This document shows positions 1 through 11,700 of a stretch of DNA of 64,000 nucleotides, in pieces. Numbering within the stretch: position 1 is the stretch's first letter; each line of letters opens with the position of its first letter. Position numbers and translations under genes: made by a program. The DNA is from a bacterium (GTDB taxonomy: Bacteria; Hydrothermota; Tepidihabitantia; SM23-42; JAOAFX01): positions 4,776 through 68,775 of the forward strand of contig JBNAVN010000001.1 of the NCBI GenBank assembly GCA_049700315.1, given 5' to 3'. The notes beneath the pieces are model-generated. The model did not search any database, was not told the DNA's origin, and saw only the letters and a program-made list of their open reading frames with translations.

Positions 1-120
1 AACACCAATACCAAATTGTAAAGAAGAGAATAGCCTGTTTGGATTCCTTATCTTATCAACATAGGAGCCAAAATATATTCCACCAAAGCCCAATCCAAGC
101 ATAAATGCGGAGATAACCAT
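1..120 (-). CDS. Partial CDS (N-terminal 40 aa; continues beyond window start) of a hydrophobic membrane protein
   Basis: Reverse-complement of 1-120 translates MVISAFMLGLGFGGIYFGSYVDKIRNPNRLF... from an ATG at 120, open to the window edge. Product unknown. Confidence 0.3.
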   Translation of the reverse strand, partial: MVISAFMLGLGFGGIYFGSYVDKIRNPNRLFSSLQFGIGV

Positions 121-521
121 TGTATTTGCAATTGTGGTTGAACCAAATGCGAGCAAAAGCAATTTCGCCCAAACTACCTCATAAATCAACGAAGAAATAC
201 CAGAGAAAAAGAAAAAAATCAGATATCTCAGCATGTAGAATGAGTATAACTACCATAAAACTGAAGTCAAGAACAATATCAAACACTATCTTAATCTTAC
301 TTTCACGGCAACTATCTTTATATACGGTATTCATAATTGCACAATTGTGCATATGTAAATATCGTCATATATAGATGTTAAAAGATTACAAATAGGGTAG
401 TGCAAGAGATTTATCATCACAGTCTGATAAAGATCAATTCTACTGTTCTGTGATAACGACACAGAGAGAAATGAGAGCAAAGTAAACTTTGACAATCTCT
501 GGTAGATATATATAATTAGGT

Positions 522-2420
522 ATGCAGAAAACACATCTTAGCCTGTGGTCTATTGTCTTGTTGCTAATTTTTGCACTTGTATTTTTTTTATCCCTGCGGA
601 AAATCTATGATACAGACATCGGATTCCATCTTAGAGGCGGAGAATGGATGCTTGCAAATAAATCATTTCACCACTATGACCAGTTTACCTATACTGTACC
701 TGATAACGAATACATTGCAATATACTGGTTTTATCAGATTATTATATTCATTGTTTTCAAGTTCTTTGGTGATGGTGCAATTTCAATACTGAATAGCATT
801 TTGATCCTACTGTTTTTCTTTTTGATATATCTACGCCTGCGCAAATCTTCAATTCCAAACTGGTTGGTATGTATTCTACTTCTAAGTAGTATTTTTCCTT
901 TTGAAATAAGATTTGGAGTCAGACCTGAGATCTTCACCTATATTTTTATGGTCCTGATGCTTTTTATCCTTGACCTTTTCTATTTTCACAATAAAGATTA
1001 TCTCTTTTTGCTCCCTTTGATTCAGTTATTCTGGGTAAATCTTCACGGACTGTTCATCTTAGGATGGGGCATTATATTTTGTTATCTTATCAGTATTTTC
1101 TTCCACCATAAAACAAGATTTAGAAAATTACTAATATGGACTGCTGTTTCTCTGCTTGTATCATTTCTAAATCCATATCACATTAAAGGTATCCTATTTC
1201 CATTTTATCTCTTCACAAGGCTACAGAATTCAAGTGTATTCAAGGATTCAATAACTGAATTTGCCTCACCATTTTCTGCTCGAGGATTTTTGCTCACATC
1301 GCATTATGCACTTTTCATCTATTTTGTCTTGTTTACACTATCTGTTCTATCTTTGATTTTAACCAGAAAACAGAGAAAAATCCACGACTATTTGCTCATT
1401 ATTGCCTTTGGCTATCTATCAAGCGCCGCAGTGCGCAATCTGCCCCTATTTATAATAATAGCAATACAGATTCTCGCCCTTGCCATTAACGATCTATTGC
1501 CTAAAATAGAGAAATTTTGCCGCACTGCAAGATTGATAGAAAATTTAGGAGCAGCAATTATATCACTCTTTTTATTGTTATTTATTTTGCGCATCATAAA
1601 CAATGGTTACTATGCAAACAGGGGCAGTGGGAATTTTGGAATCGGATTTGACCCTGATATTCAGCCAATAAAGGCAGGCGAATTTCTCCTCGCCAACAAA
1701 TTTAGAGGAAGGATACTGAATGATATGAATCGCGGCAGCTGGTTGATATGGTCGGTTCGTGAGCCTGTATATATTGACGGAAGACTTGAAGTAATGAAAG
1801 AGGCATTATTCGCAGAATTCCACAATAGCCACCAACCAGGTGGCATAATCAAACTGATTGAAAAATATCAGCCTTCAATAATCATATTTGATTATTCCTA
1901 TCCTGAAGCACTTTTCTGGGACATTGATTTAGAAAATTTGCCTGATTGGAGGATTGTCTATTGGGATGAAACTTCTGTAATATATGCAAGAAATGGATAT
2001 ACTGAAAGATTAGAATCTATTTCTCTCTCTACAACTATTCAACAATTAGGTATTGATACTAATCTGGATGAACAGAAAATATGGAATATATTGCGCACAC
2101 CAACAAAGTCCTGTTTCAGTCTTTTATTTGAAAGTCTATATAAAAGGCAATCCTTTCCGATTACCCTGACACGAATGGCATTCTATGCCTCACTAAAATT
2201 GGATTTTCAAACCGCAGAAATTCTTTATCTGAATGCGCTAAAAATTGCTGATTACCACCGCTCTGAGATATATTTTCAGCTCGGTATCATTTATCACTTT
2301 ATGCAGAAATTTGATAAAGCAGAATATTGTTACAAGAGAGTTCTAAAAGAAAAACCAAAACACAAAAAGGCAAAGGAGATGCTTAATCGTTTGAAACAAG
2401 GCTTGTTACCAACTGGCTAA
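522..2420 (+). CDS. Polytopic membrane protein with C-terminal TPR repeats, possibly a PMT/ArnT-like glycosyltransferase or DUF2723-type protein
   Basis: 632 aa ORF. Many hydrophobic helices over the first ~300 aa. A TPR-like tail (ILYLNALKIADYHRSEIYFQLGIIYHFMQKFDKAEYCYKRVL). ATG start at 522. Confidence 0.55.
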   Translation: MQKTHLSLWSIVLLLIFALVFFLSLRKIYDTDIGFHLRGGEWMLANKSFHHYDQFTYTVPDNEYIAIYWFYQIIIFIVFKFFGDGAISILNSILILLFFFLIYLRLRKSSIPNWLVCILLLSSIFPFEIRFGVRPEIFTYIFMVLMLFILDLFYFHNKDYLFLLPLIQLFWVNLHGLFILGWGIIFCYLISIFFHHKTRFRKLLIWTAVSLLVSFLNPYHIKGILFPFYLFTRLQNSSVFKDSITEFASPFSARGFLLTSHYALFIYFVLFTLSVLSLILTRKQRKIHDYLLIIAFGYLSSAAVRNLPLFIIIAIQILALAINDLLPKIEKFCRTARLIENLGAAIISLFLLLFILRIINNGYYANRGSGNFGIGFDPDIQPIKAGEFLLANKFRGRILNDMNRGSWLIWSVREPVYIDGRLEVMKEALFAEFHNSHQPGGIIKLIEKYQPSIIIFDYSYPEALFWDIDLENLPDWRIVYWDETSVIYARNGYTERLESISLSTTIQQLGIDTNLDEQKIWNILRTPTKSCFSLLFESLYKRQSFPITLTRMAFYASLKLDFQTAEILYLNALKIADYHRSEIYFQLGIIYHFMQKFDKAEYCYKRVLKEKPKHKKAKEMLNRLKQGLLPTG

Positions 2421-2424
2421 AATG

Positions 2425-3450
2425 TCAATCAAGGACTTCACTAATCATGCCTCCACCCAGGACTGTGTCATTCTCATAAAACACAACTGACTGTCCGGGC
2501 GTGATTGCCCATTGGGGTTTTTCAAAGCATACCCGTGCTCTGTTATCTTCTAAATACACTACTGCCGGACTCAGTGGCGCAACATACCTTGTCTTTGCCA
2601 AAACACTCATCGGATCGCTGAAATCACAGGGGAAAATAAAACTCAAGTCATTGGCAATCAGACTTTTCTTATATACATCCTGTTTTTTACCCACATAAAT
2701 TGCATTATCTAAAGGGTCAATCTTTATTACATAATATGGTTCTTCATCGCTGATACCAATTCCCTTACGTTGTCCCCAGGTAAAATGAAAAATCCCTTTG
2801 TGCATACCAATTTTCCTTCCATTCTTGCTAAAAATTGGACCCGGTTGTTCCTTAACAATATTTTTCAAATATGTAGTATAATCCATATCCGGCAGGAAGC
2901 AGACATCCTGACTTTTTTTCCTGTGGGCTGTAGGTAATTTTAATTCTTTTGCATATTTCCTTATTTCTTCCTTTGTATAATCACCAAGTACAAGTATTAT
3001 TTTTGACAACTGTCTCTGACTTAATCTGTATAAAAAATAGGATTGTTCATTCTTATCTTTACCCTTCTTCAACAGATAAATACCTTCTTTTTCTTCAATC
3101 TTTGCATAATGACCCGTGGCAATCATATCAAAACCCATTTCAAGTGCTTTTTCCAGAAATACACCAAACTTGATTATCTCGTTGCACAATACACAGGGAT
3201 TGGGCGTTCTTCCTGATTGATATTCCCTCACGAAATTCTCAATGATTGTGTTTTGATAATATTCGCTGAAATCAAATAGATGGAATTTAATATTCAAGAT
3301 CTCGCACGCGCTTTTTGCATACTCAATATCTTCCTTTTCTACACCCTTGAACAACATTGTAGCACCCGCAACTTCATAGCCCTGCCTCTTCAATATTGCA
3401 GCTGCTGTGGATGAATCAACACCACCGCTCAATGCCACAAGAATTTTCAT
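2425..3450 (-). CDS. mnmA: tRNA-specific 2-thiouridylase MnmA
   Basis: N-terminal PP-loop MKILVALSGGVDSS. Full-length (341 aa) similarity pattern to MnmA/TrmU, including conserved Cys residues (NPCVLCN). Confidence 0.9.
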   Translation of the reverse strand: MKILVALSGGVDSSTAAAILKRQGYEVAGATMLFKGVEKEDIEYAKSACEILNIKFHLFDFSEYYQNTIIENFVREYQSGRTPNPCVLCNEIIKFGVFLEKALEMGFDMIATGHYAKIEEKEGIYLLKKGKDKNEQSYFLYRLSQRQLSKIILVLGDYTKEEIRKYAKELKLPTAHRKKSQDVCFLPDMDYTTYLKNIVKEQPGPIFSKNGRKIGMHKGIFHFTWGQRKGIGISDEEPYYVIKIDPLDNAIYVGKKQDVYKKSLIANDLSFIFPCDFSDPMSVLAKTRYVAPLSPAVVYLEDNRARVCFEKPQWAITPGQSVVFYENDTVLGGGMISEVLD

Positions 3451-3570
3451 TGTGTTAAGATGAGTTTGCCTACATCATTTTTCTTCATCATCACCTTATC
3501 TTCACAATGAGTGATGGGCATTTTGACAGGAAATTATCATGTGTTTCTGACCGGTTATTGGGCAAATATA

Positions 3571-4746
3571 CTATCTTTTTGTGATTGGAGATATCGCCCT
3601 TAATTCTTTTACAATTTTCGGGAATTGTTCACACACATAGTCTATATCCTCTTCAGTAGTAAGTCTACCTGTGGTTATCCTGATTGAACCCCTTGCGTCC
3701 TCAATCGGCACACCAATTGCAGTCAGCACATGGGATGGCTCAAGTGAGCCTGATGAGCAGGCAGAACCTGTAGCAACCTCAATTCCTATCTGGTCAAGGC
3801 GCATAAGCAATGCCTCACCTTCTATATACTTTACAATGATATGACAATTGTTGGGTAATCTTTTTTCAGGATGACCATTCAAAACTATATCATCCACATT
3901 ATTCAACAATGATTTAGTCAATTTATCCCTCAGCCTTCTTGAATGTTCAACCCTTTCTGCCATATCTCTTATCGCAAGTTCGGCAGCATATGCCATACCC
4001 ACGATGCCAGGCACATTATGCGTTGATGCCCTCTTTCCCATTTCCTGCGCACCACCATGAAGAAGGGATTCAACCCTGGTGCCTCTTCTTATAAACAAAG
4101 CACCCACACCCTTTGGTCCATAGAATTTGTGAGCAGATATTGAGAGTAAATCAACACCAAGTTTATTGACATTTGTATCAATAGCACCAAATGACTGGAC
4201 TGCATCGGTATGCAAGTATACACCCCTTTCCCTGCAAATCTTTGATATCTCTTCAATCGGTTCAATCGTGCCTATTTCATTATTGGCATGCATTATTGAA
4301 ACCAAAATTGTTTTGTCTGAAATTACCTTTTTCACATCGTCCGGGTTAACCATTCCATATTTATCAACTGGCAAGAATGTGGTCTTGAAGCCCTGGGTTT
4401 GCAGAAAAATAAATGGTTCAAGGACTGCGTGATGTTCAGTCTTTGCGGTAATAATATGATTGCCTTTTTCTGCCATTGCATAGGCAACACCCTTTATTGC
4501 CATATTATCAGATTCACTACCACCAGAAGTAAAAACAATCTCATCAGAACTTGCTCCCAGCATATCAGCAATTTTTTTTCTCGCTTTTTCAATTGCATCC
4601 TTTGCCTCCAATCCGGAAGTATGGAGACTTGATGGATTAGCAAATTTCTCAAAAAAATATGGCTTCATTGCCTCAAGCACATCCGGATGCAGTGGTGTGG
4701 TTGCCGCATAATCAAGGTAGATTCTACGGTTCATTGTATTTTCCAT
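3571..4746 (-). CDS. iscS: Cysteine desulfurase (group I, IscS/NifS type)
   Basis: YLDYAATTP N-terminus, PLP-lysine region SISAHKFYGPKGVGALF, active-site loop ATGSACSSGSLEPSHVL. Adjacent to mnmA, consistent with a sulfur relay. Confidence 0.85.
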   Translation of the reverse strand: MENTMNRRIYLDYAATTPLHPDVLEAMKPYFFEKFANPSSLHTSGLEAKDAIEKARKKIADMLGASSDEIVFTSGGSESDNMAIKGVAYAMAEKGNHIITAKTEHHAVLEPFIFLQTQGFKTTFLPVDKYGMVNPDDVKKVISDKTILVSIMHANNEIGTIEPIEEISKICRERGVYLHTDAVQSFGAIDTNVNKLGVDLLSISAHKFYGPKGVGALFIRRGTRVESLLHGGAQEMGKRASTHNVPGIVGMAYAAELAIRDMAERVEHSRRLRDKLTKSLLNNVDDIVLNGHPEKRLPNNCHIIVKYIEGEALLMRLDQIGIEVATGSACSSGSLEPSHVLTAIGVPIEDARGSIRITTGRLTTEEDIDYVCEQFPKIVKELRAISPITKR

Positions 4747-4830
4747 GTCCTATTATACCTCAAAAAAAACACCCTGTCAATTACCTGTTAAAATCATAAG
4801 CATAGAATGATCCTATCTTTCGGAAAGAGA

Positions 4831-5913
4831 TTACTGTCTTTTTACAGAACTGAACAATCTTTTGTGCCCTTCCAAAATCCGCTGTTCAAATGGGGATTCG
4901 CGGATTATTCTGAGTTCCTGTTTTGCATTATGCACAATTTCTTCTGCCCTATCATTTTTGTCATATAGATATTCATAAGCACAAGCACCAGCAATCTTTC
5001 CTTCAAGCATGGCGGTTGATGCCTCTTCAATTGAGGCAAGGTCACCAGCAACAAATATATGGGGTCTTGATGTCTGAAGGTCTTCGTTATAATAAGGAAC
5101 ATTTCCACCAAGGTCAGGAACATATCTTATCTCACAACCTGCCTGATATAAAAGTTCACACAGTGGCGACAATCCCACCGCAATCAAAATCATATCACAA
5201 TCAATGATTTTTTCCTTTCCCATAATACACTCAAATTTATCATTGACCTCGGTTATCACTGCAGATTCCACACAATCCTTTCCCCTCGCCTCAATGATTG
5301 TATGGTTCAATAAAATAGGCACCCCTGCTCTTCTTATCTTTGCTGCATGTACATAATACCCACCGATTTTTGGTAAAATCTCAATTATCGCTGCCACCTC
5401 AACACCAGCCTGGAGCAATTGATATGGAACAATCAAACCGATATTGCCTGAACCAATAACAAGTGCCCTTTTTCCAGGGATGACGCCATACACATTCATC
5501 ATTGTCTGGACCGCACCTGCACCATAAACACCTGGCAGATCTGCATTTTCAAAGGCAAGCATATTTTCACTCGCACCAGTAGCAAAGACATAACTCTTTG
5601 CCTTTATTTGAATCAGTTCATCATTCTTCAAAACCCCTATTGAATCATCATCATAATATCCTATCACCGTGGCATTCAACATCACATCAATACCCAACTG
5701 GTAAACGCGCTCACTCAGAATCTTTGCAATATCAATTCCCCTCACACCACAATAATGTTCTTTTGAACCGAAAAATTTATGGGTCTGTTTTATTAACTGC
5801 CCACCAAGTACAGGATTGTCGTCTATGATCAATACTGATGCACCGAGTTCCTTTGCAACCATCCCTGCGTTTAACCCAGCAGGACCACCACCTACAATAC
5901 AAATATCAACCAT
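4831..5913 (-). CDS. NAD(P)/FAD-dependent oxidoreductase (HcnB / opine-oxidase subunit A / sarcosine-oxidase-alpha-like)
   Basis: Two Rossmann dinucleotide motifs (ICIVGGGPAGLNAG; ALVIGSGNIGL). 8-nt overlap with the upstream small 2Fe-2S ORF. Confidence 0.75.
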   Translation of the reverse strand: MVDICIVGGGPAGLNAGMVAKELGASVLIIDDNPVLGGQLIKQTHKFFGSKEHYCGVRGIDIAKILSERVYQLGIDVMLNATVIGYYDDDSIGVLKNDELIQIKAKSYVFATGASENMLAFENADLPGVYGAGAVQTMMNVYGVIPGKRALVIGSGNIGLIVPYQLLQAGVEVAAIIEILPKIGGYYVHAAKIRRAGVPILLNHTIIEARGKDCVESAVITEVNDKFECIMGKEKIIDCDMILIAVGLSPLCELLYQAGCEIRYVPDLGGNVPYYNEDLQTSRPHIFVAGDLASIEEASTAMLEGKIAGACAYEYLYDKNDRAEEIVHNAKQELRIIRESPFEQRILEGHKRLFSSVKRQ

Positions 5914-6226
5914 CCAATATTCCCTTTCCTTTTTGCCTTTTCACAACCATTCCTTTTCTCAATGGTTCCATACAAACCATTACATTGGGTCTACCATCAA
6001 CCTCCATAAGACAGGAAGAACATTTGCCAACCGCACAGAAGAATCCCCTTGGTCTGTTATATTTCTCTGAAAACCTTAATACCCTTATCCCTGCGGCATG
6101 GAGTGCAGCCGCAATTGGAAGTCCTTCATAACCTTCAAATTCCTTGTCTTCAAAATAGAATTTTACCTTTCTGCCCCTTTTGAATTGTAGTATTGGATGT
6201 TCAGTTATATACCCTTCCATAATCAT
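5906..6226 (-). CDS. (2Fe-2S)-binding protein, partner of the flavoprotein (HcnA / OoxA N-domain-like)
   Basis: 106 aa with GFFCAVGKCSSCLMEVDGRPNVMVC, matching the sarcosine-oxidase-alpha N-terminal 2Fe-2S family. Confidence 0.7.
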   Translation of the reverse strand: MIMEGYITEHPILQFKRGRKVKFYFEDKEFEGYEGLPIAAALHAAGIRVLRFSEKYNRPRGFFCAVGKCSSCLMEVDGRPNVMVCMEPLRKGMVVKRQKGKGILDG

Positions 6227-6987
6227 TTAAAATAGTTCACAGCATTTTCAAAAATTTTAAAACCATCGCCTTCTTTATCCAATTCTTTCCTTGTGTGCAG
6301 GGGATGTTGCAGATAAGAGATATGTCTTTCAGGATGAGGCATCAATCCGAGGATTCTACCGGTCTTGTCTGCAATCCCTGCAATATTCATTACTGAGCCA
6401 TTTGGATTATATGGATACCCACCGAGTTTTTCTTTTTCATCTACATATTGGAACACAATCTGTTTTTCTAATTTCTTCAATATCTGTATGTTTCTCACCA
6501 CAAATTTGCCCTCGGCATGGGCAACAGGTAATGAGATTATTCTATTTATTCCTCTGGTGAATACCGACCGTTCAGGATATACCTTTAAATCAACCCACCG
6601 GTCTTCAAACCTTTCTGAATCATTGGTGATCAAACTGACGGTCTGGTCAGCAAAATAGCCATCAAAACCAGGCAATATTCCCGCCTTCACAAGTACCTGG
6701 AAACCATTACATATACCCAAGATAAGATTACCATTCTCAACAAATCTTAAGATTTTATCCTGCAATTTGTATTTGATTTCATTTGCAAGAATCTTTCCCG
6801 CGCTGATATCATCCCCATAGGTAAAACCACCAGGCAACACAAGAATCTTATACTCAAGCAGATTTTTGTTCTTTACTTCATCTATGTAAACACGCTCTGG
6901 TTCAGCACCCGCGAGTTCAAATGCGTAGGCGGTCTCAACATCACAATTTGTTCCCGCAGCACGAACAATGAGAGTCTTAATCTTCAT
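6223..6987 (-). CDS. purQ: Phosphoribosylformylglycinamidine synthase I (glutaminase subunit PurQ)
   Basis: 254 aa. Type I glutamine amidotransferase with catalytic Cys in GICNGFQVL and the LVLPGGFTYGD motif typical of PurQ. Confidence 0.85.
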   Translation of the reverse strand: MKIKTLIVRAAGTNCDVETAYAFELAGAEPERVYIDEVKNKNLLEYKILVLPGGFTYGDDISAGKILANEIKYKLQDKILRFVENGNLILGICNGFQVLVKAGILPGFDGYFADQTVSLITNDSERFEDRWVDLKVYPERSVFTRGINRIISLPVAHAEGKFVVRNIQILKKLEKQIVFQYVDEKEKLGGYPYNPNGSVMNIAGIADKTGRILGLMPHPERHISYLQHPLHTRKELDKEGDGFKIFENAVNYFK

Positions 6988-7184
6988 TCCTTTAAAGAAA
7001 CATAAATGGTTCTTTTTTCCCGCTTGAATCTGATCTTATCTTCACGCGCAAGCCAGCCAAGCCCCATATAAAATATATTTATTGGCATACCGCACCTGCG
7101 CTGCAATCTTGTGATAACCATCTCCCCTTCATCTTTCAATTTTTTCCATATGTTGCCTGCGGCAAAACCAATGTCTGTAATCAT
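6984..7184 (-). CDS. Small winged-helix-like hypothetical protein
   Basis: 66 aa ORF overlapping the purQ start by 4 nt. Does not resemble PurS. Confidence 0.4.
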   Translation of the reverse strand: MITDIGFAAGNIWKKLKDEGEMVITRLQRRCGMPINIFYMGLGWLAREDKIRFKREKRTIYVSLKE

Positions 7185-7293
7185 AACACCTCCTTGAAAT
7201 TCTTAAACATGTGAATTCTACTTTTTCTTCTCTTATTATTATTGATCTTCATATCTGATAATAGAAAAAGAAACTGATAAATTGTGATTTAAT

Positions 7294-8115
7294 CTACAGA
7301 TTGATTTCCGTACCGGTTTTTGCAGCATCAAGTTCATAGGCAGGGAATTTCGCACGCATTTCCTGAAGGTTTCTGTTGATAAACTCATCATTACTTGACG
7401 GGTCATGGTGCGTGAATATCACTTTTTTTACCATGCCATCTTTTGCAAGTTGCATTACCTGGTTATAGGTAGAATGACCCCAGCCAATTTTGGACTTGTA
7501 GTTCTCATCAACATATTGAGCATCATGTATCAATAGATCTGCACCATTGACAAACTTTACAAATCTTTTGTAAGGAGTTGTTGAATCTGGTGCGCAAAGT
7601 TCATTGTCAGTTAAAAAGACAGCAGTCTTCTTATTCTCAACAAATTTCAAACCAAGCGTGTAATTAGGGTGGTTGTTCTGAATAATATGAATCAGCATAT
7701 CACCAATTTTAAATCTGTTCTTGATATTTTTGAAGATAAATTTTGCTGGTAGATCCGTCAATTTTATTGTTGGGAAAAAAGGAATATGCATCTGATAAGA
7801 AAGTGCCTTTTTTGATCCTATCTCATTCTCAGGACCATAGATTTTTATGGAAGTATTAGGAAGATATGCTGGACCAAAAAATGGGAAACCCTGGATATGG
7901 TCCCAGTGATAATGGGTAAAGATCAAATGGAGGTCATTTTTCTTATTCTGTATCAAATATGCACCAAGTTCCCTGATTCCACTACCTGCATCCACAATAA
8001 TGGATTCCCCGGAGATTGTTTCAACATAAAGACAGGTGGTGTTTCCTCCATATTGAATAGTTGAACTACCTGAAACAGGGATTGAACCACGCGTCCCATA
8101 GAATTTGATAAACAT
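7294..8115 (-). CDS. MBL-fold metallo-hydrolase
   Basis: HxHxDH motif (THYHWDHIQGF). 273 aa. Confidence 0.8.
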   Translation of the reverse strand: MFIKFYGTRGSIPVSGSSTIQYGGNTTCLYVETISGESIIVDAGSGIRELGAYLIQNKKNDLHLIFTHYHWDHIQGFPFFGPAYLPNTSIKIYGPENEIGSKKALSYQMHIPFFPTIKLTDLPAKFIFKNIKNRFKIGDMLIHIIQNNHPNYTLGLKFVENKKTAVFLTDNELCAPDSTTPYKRFVKFVNGADLLIHDAQYVDENYKSKIGWGHSTYNQVMQLAKDGMVKKVIFTHHDPSSNDEFINRNLQEMRAKFPAYELDAAKTGTEINL

Positions 8116-8463
8116 TTAGTCTTTGTCCTTTGCTTTCTGTCCCATTTGGCAATTACCCTCAAAAAATACCCCGGACTGGATAATCAGACCCTTGCATATA
8201 ATATCACCAAACATCTGGGCACCACTCTGGAACTCAAGAAGTTCTTCAGCCTGAATGTTACCTTCTATCTTGCCTCCAATAACTGCAGATTTGCAATTAA
8301 TAGTACCTTTAATAGAACCAGTATTTCCACAATATAGATTATCCTTAACCACTACATTGCCTTCAATAGTTCCATCAATCTTTATTGAACCAGTAATCTT
8401 AACATCTCCATTCACAACCGTGTTTCTGCCAATAACGGTATCAATCTTACCTTCCTTATCCAT
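8116..8463 (-). CDS. Bactofilin-family polymer-forming cytoskeletal protein
   Basis: 115 aa of repetitive beta-helix pattern (GxIxGxVxVxG repeats) typical of the bactofilin DUF583. Confidence 0.75.
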   Translation of the reverse strand: MDKEGKIDTVIGRNTVVNGDVKITGSIKIDGTIEGNVVVKDNLYCGNTGSIKGTINCKSAVIGGKIEGNIQAEELLEFQSGAQMFGDIICKGLIIQSGVFFEGNCQMGQKAKDKD

Positions 8464-8748
8464 TAAACTCCTTTCTTAAAGGGAAATTATATATAAAAAT
8501 AAATGGAAGTCAACAATCAAGTTAACATCTTCCTGATTTGCGAAATAGGGATTCTATTTCAACAAAGATCATTCAGCAGTAATCTCATCCCCCTTGACAA
8601 AAACAAAGACTTTGTTATAATATAGTGTCAATTATAGATTCATATTTTTTGACAGATGTTCTAACTGATTTATGAGAAAGGGGGTGATTTTCATACAACA
8701 GAATAACTTAAGTCTAATAGATTCATAAAGCACAAGAAAGGAGACAAA

Positions 8749-11700
8749 ATGAAAAGAATCTTAATAGTATCATTATTGATTTGGGTGATACCGGTATTTG
8801 CTTTGATAAGCCCGGATTTAAAGAATGTTTCGGCCCGGGCAAATTCATCGGAATTCATTCCGATTGATATAGTGTTCAAAAAGCAAATGGACAATTATGA
8901 ATTGACAAGGGCAGTTGAGCATTTGCCAAAGCCCGAAAGAAGGGCTATGGTTGCTGAAATCCTGCGAACCTATTCATTGCAAAATCAAAAGCCTGTCCTT
9001 GAATATCTGGCAAGAATGGAAAAAAAGAATAAGGTTAAAAATATTGCATCAATCTGGATTGTCAACGCAATCTACTGCGAGGCAACAAGAGAAGTGATCG
9101 CTGAACTTGACAACAACCGCGAAATCTTCTATATTGACTATGACCTGAAACCCATCCAAATTGAAAAACCTGAGCAATTTCCTGCACCTGCAGACAAGAT
9201 TTCAAAAACAAGAGAAATTGCCTGGGGCGTAAGCAAAATCAACGCGCCTGCAGTATGGGCGCTTGGTTATACAGGGCAAGGAATCGTTGTGGGACATATT
9301 GACACAGGTTGCAACTATAACCATGTTGACCTTGCCGACCATCTCTGGACTGACCCTAATTATCCCAATCATGGCTGGAATTTTGAGAATGGTACCAATG
9401 ATCCAATGGATGCCCAGGGTCATGGTACCCACACTGCAGGAAGTGTAGCATCTGATGGTACTGCTGGTTCTCAATGTGGTGTTGCTCCAGATGCGCAGAT
9501 TATGGCATTGCGTGTAAGAACTGTTGCGGATTCAATTGCGGAAAATCAGGTCTGGCAGGCAATGCAATTTGTGGTCTCACCGCCCTTATCACCAACCCAT
9601 GGCGGTGATTTGATAACAATGTCCCTTGGGTGGCGTTATGTCTGGTATCCCCGTGTTGCATCCTGGCGCACTGCCTGCAACAATACTGGAGCCGGCGGTG
9701 TGATAATGATTGTTGCTGCAGGTAACGAACGTGGTGTTGATCTGCCACCTTATGCCTTAAGATGTCCAGGAAGTGTTCCTTCACCCTGGCGCCATCCCCA
9801 GAATGGTGCTACAGGAGCACTTTCCAATGTTGTTAGTATTGGTGCGACAGACATCAATGATGCGATTGCATCTTTCTCATCAAACGGTCCTGTGAGATGG
9901 GATACAGTTACCGGATACAACGATTATCCATATCCACCAGGATTGACAAAGCCAGATGTTTCAGCACCAGGTGTAAATATCAAATCCTGCGCCTATAATA
10001 ATAACAATGGTTATCTTGATGGTTGGAATGGCACATCAATGGCAACACCCCATACTGCAGGAACTGTTGCATTAATGCTTCAGAAAAATCCCTATCTGAC
10101 CAGGGCTGAAATTGATAGCATTCTTCAAATGACCGCAGTTGACCTGGGCACTGCTGGAAAGGATAATGATTTTGGCGCAGGAAGAATTGATGCTTTGGCT
10201 GCAGTAAATGCTACACCATTTCCTGGAGCACCATTTACACCTACAATAATAGCACCATTCAATTATGCCAGACTGCCAAGTGTCAATCCAATTTTCAAAC
10301 TCACAACAACCGATCCCCAGAATGACCCTGTTAAATACAGAATCTACTGGTCAACTGACACTGCATTTACTGTTCAGGATAGCATTACCACAGGCACATA
10401 TGCAAGTGGTTCAATCGCAAGCTACACACTATCTGTCCCGCTCACAAACGGGGTAACCTATTGGTGGCGTGTCCGTGCCGCTGATACAACAACTGGTGGA
10501 ATGTGGTCAGCGCCTACTGCAAAAAGGTCATTTACAATCGGTCTGAGTTTACCTGCAAATTCCTGTTCCTGGTTTCAGACCACCAATGCCCAGTTCCTGT
10601 CCTGTACTTTCACTGGTACACAGGTTCAGGGCGACAGCGTGGTATTGGTACCTGTTGGCTATGTTGAAGACACCTTACTTTTCGCGAATTTTGAGTCTGG
10701 TATGCCTTCGGGCTGGACCTGGGTTGATGGCAATAATGATGGCTATAGGTGGACTACAGGAACAACTTCTGATCTGGGTTCTTACACACCACCAAATTAT
10801 GGCACTGCTTATGCCTATTATTCAGATGACGACGCGGGAAACGGTGTGATAAATAATAACGAAGAACTGATATCACCAAAAGTGGGTGTTCCACCAACCG
10901 CAACTAATCTTGGTATCCGTTACGGTTATGGCTTCCAGGTGTATCAAACTGGTGAAAAACTACGTGTGAAATTCCGCAAACGGACTGGTGGTGCCTGGAC
11001 CAACTGGACAAATATTGCAGAGTATACTACAAGCGTAAGCGGAACTGCAAATATTGATCTTACTGCTCAATTACCATGTGATTCAGTACAGTTTGAATGG
11101 TTTTACAGCGATAGCACAGCATCATCCCACTGGGGCTGGGCATGTGCCACTGATAATGTAATCGTTTCGTATTCCTACACATACCAGAATAACTCTGGTG
11201 TTTTATATGGAACACCGGTTGTGTATTCTGATCTATCAAAAACCTATGCACGACCACGCTGGGGTGATATAATTTGGCGCAAAGCAACAAGTGGTGATTC
11301 CATCGGCATTCAGGTTGAATATTACAATGGCTCAATCTGGCAATTGGTACCAAACTCAATAATCCCGGGCAATTCTGTTGGTAAATTTACTACCCTCGCA
11401 GTAGACACAGTCAAGATGAACCTGATGACAGATACAGTGACCTATAACACGATTAGACCCAAGGCACTGTTCTACCGAATGACAAAATCACCTAACAACC
11501 CCGCATTGTTAGACTGGGAAGTTGGTAACCTTACGAGTTATGTTGGTATTGCCGACGCTGGTTCAGAGACAAATCCTCCAATGTTGATGGTCAGTCCCAA
11601 TCCATTCAGAAACCACCTACAAATCAGATACCAGATACCTGATACCCGATACCAGACTAATGGTGCAGGACAAGGTCTTCAAGAACCAGGGGTTCGCCTT

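Noticed and set aside
120-374. 84 aa + strand ORF at the window start (and many other 60-110 aa ORFs in the six-frame track, e.g. 571-792, 9500-9784, 12449-12738, 40282-40944, 45425-46041)
   Set aside because: They lie antisense to, or nested within, long well-supported genes, or sit in AT-rich leader regions. Their composition is low-complexity and they have no motifs. Treated as spurious.
4831-6226. Possibility that the flavoprotein and 2Fe-2S ORFs are one gene joined by recoding or a Sec codon
   Set aside because: They overlap by 8 nt in different frames with an ATG for the downstream gene. Separate subunits are the norm for HcnA/B and OoxA/B-type systems.
6984-7184. PurS (FGAM synthase small subunit) upstream of purQ
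   Set aside because: The sequence does not resemble PurS. It looks like a small winged-helix protein, and purS may be elsewhere.
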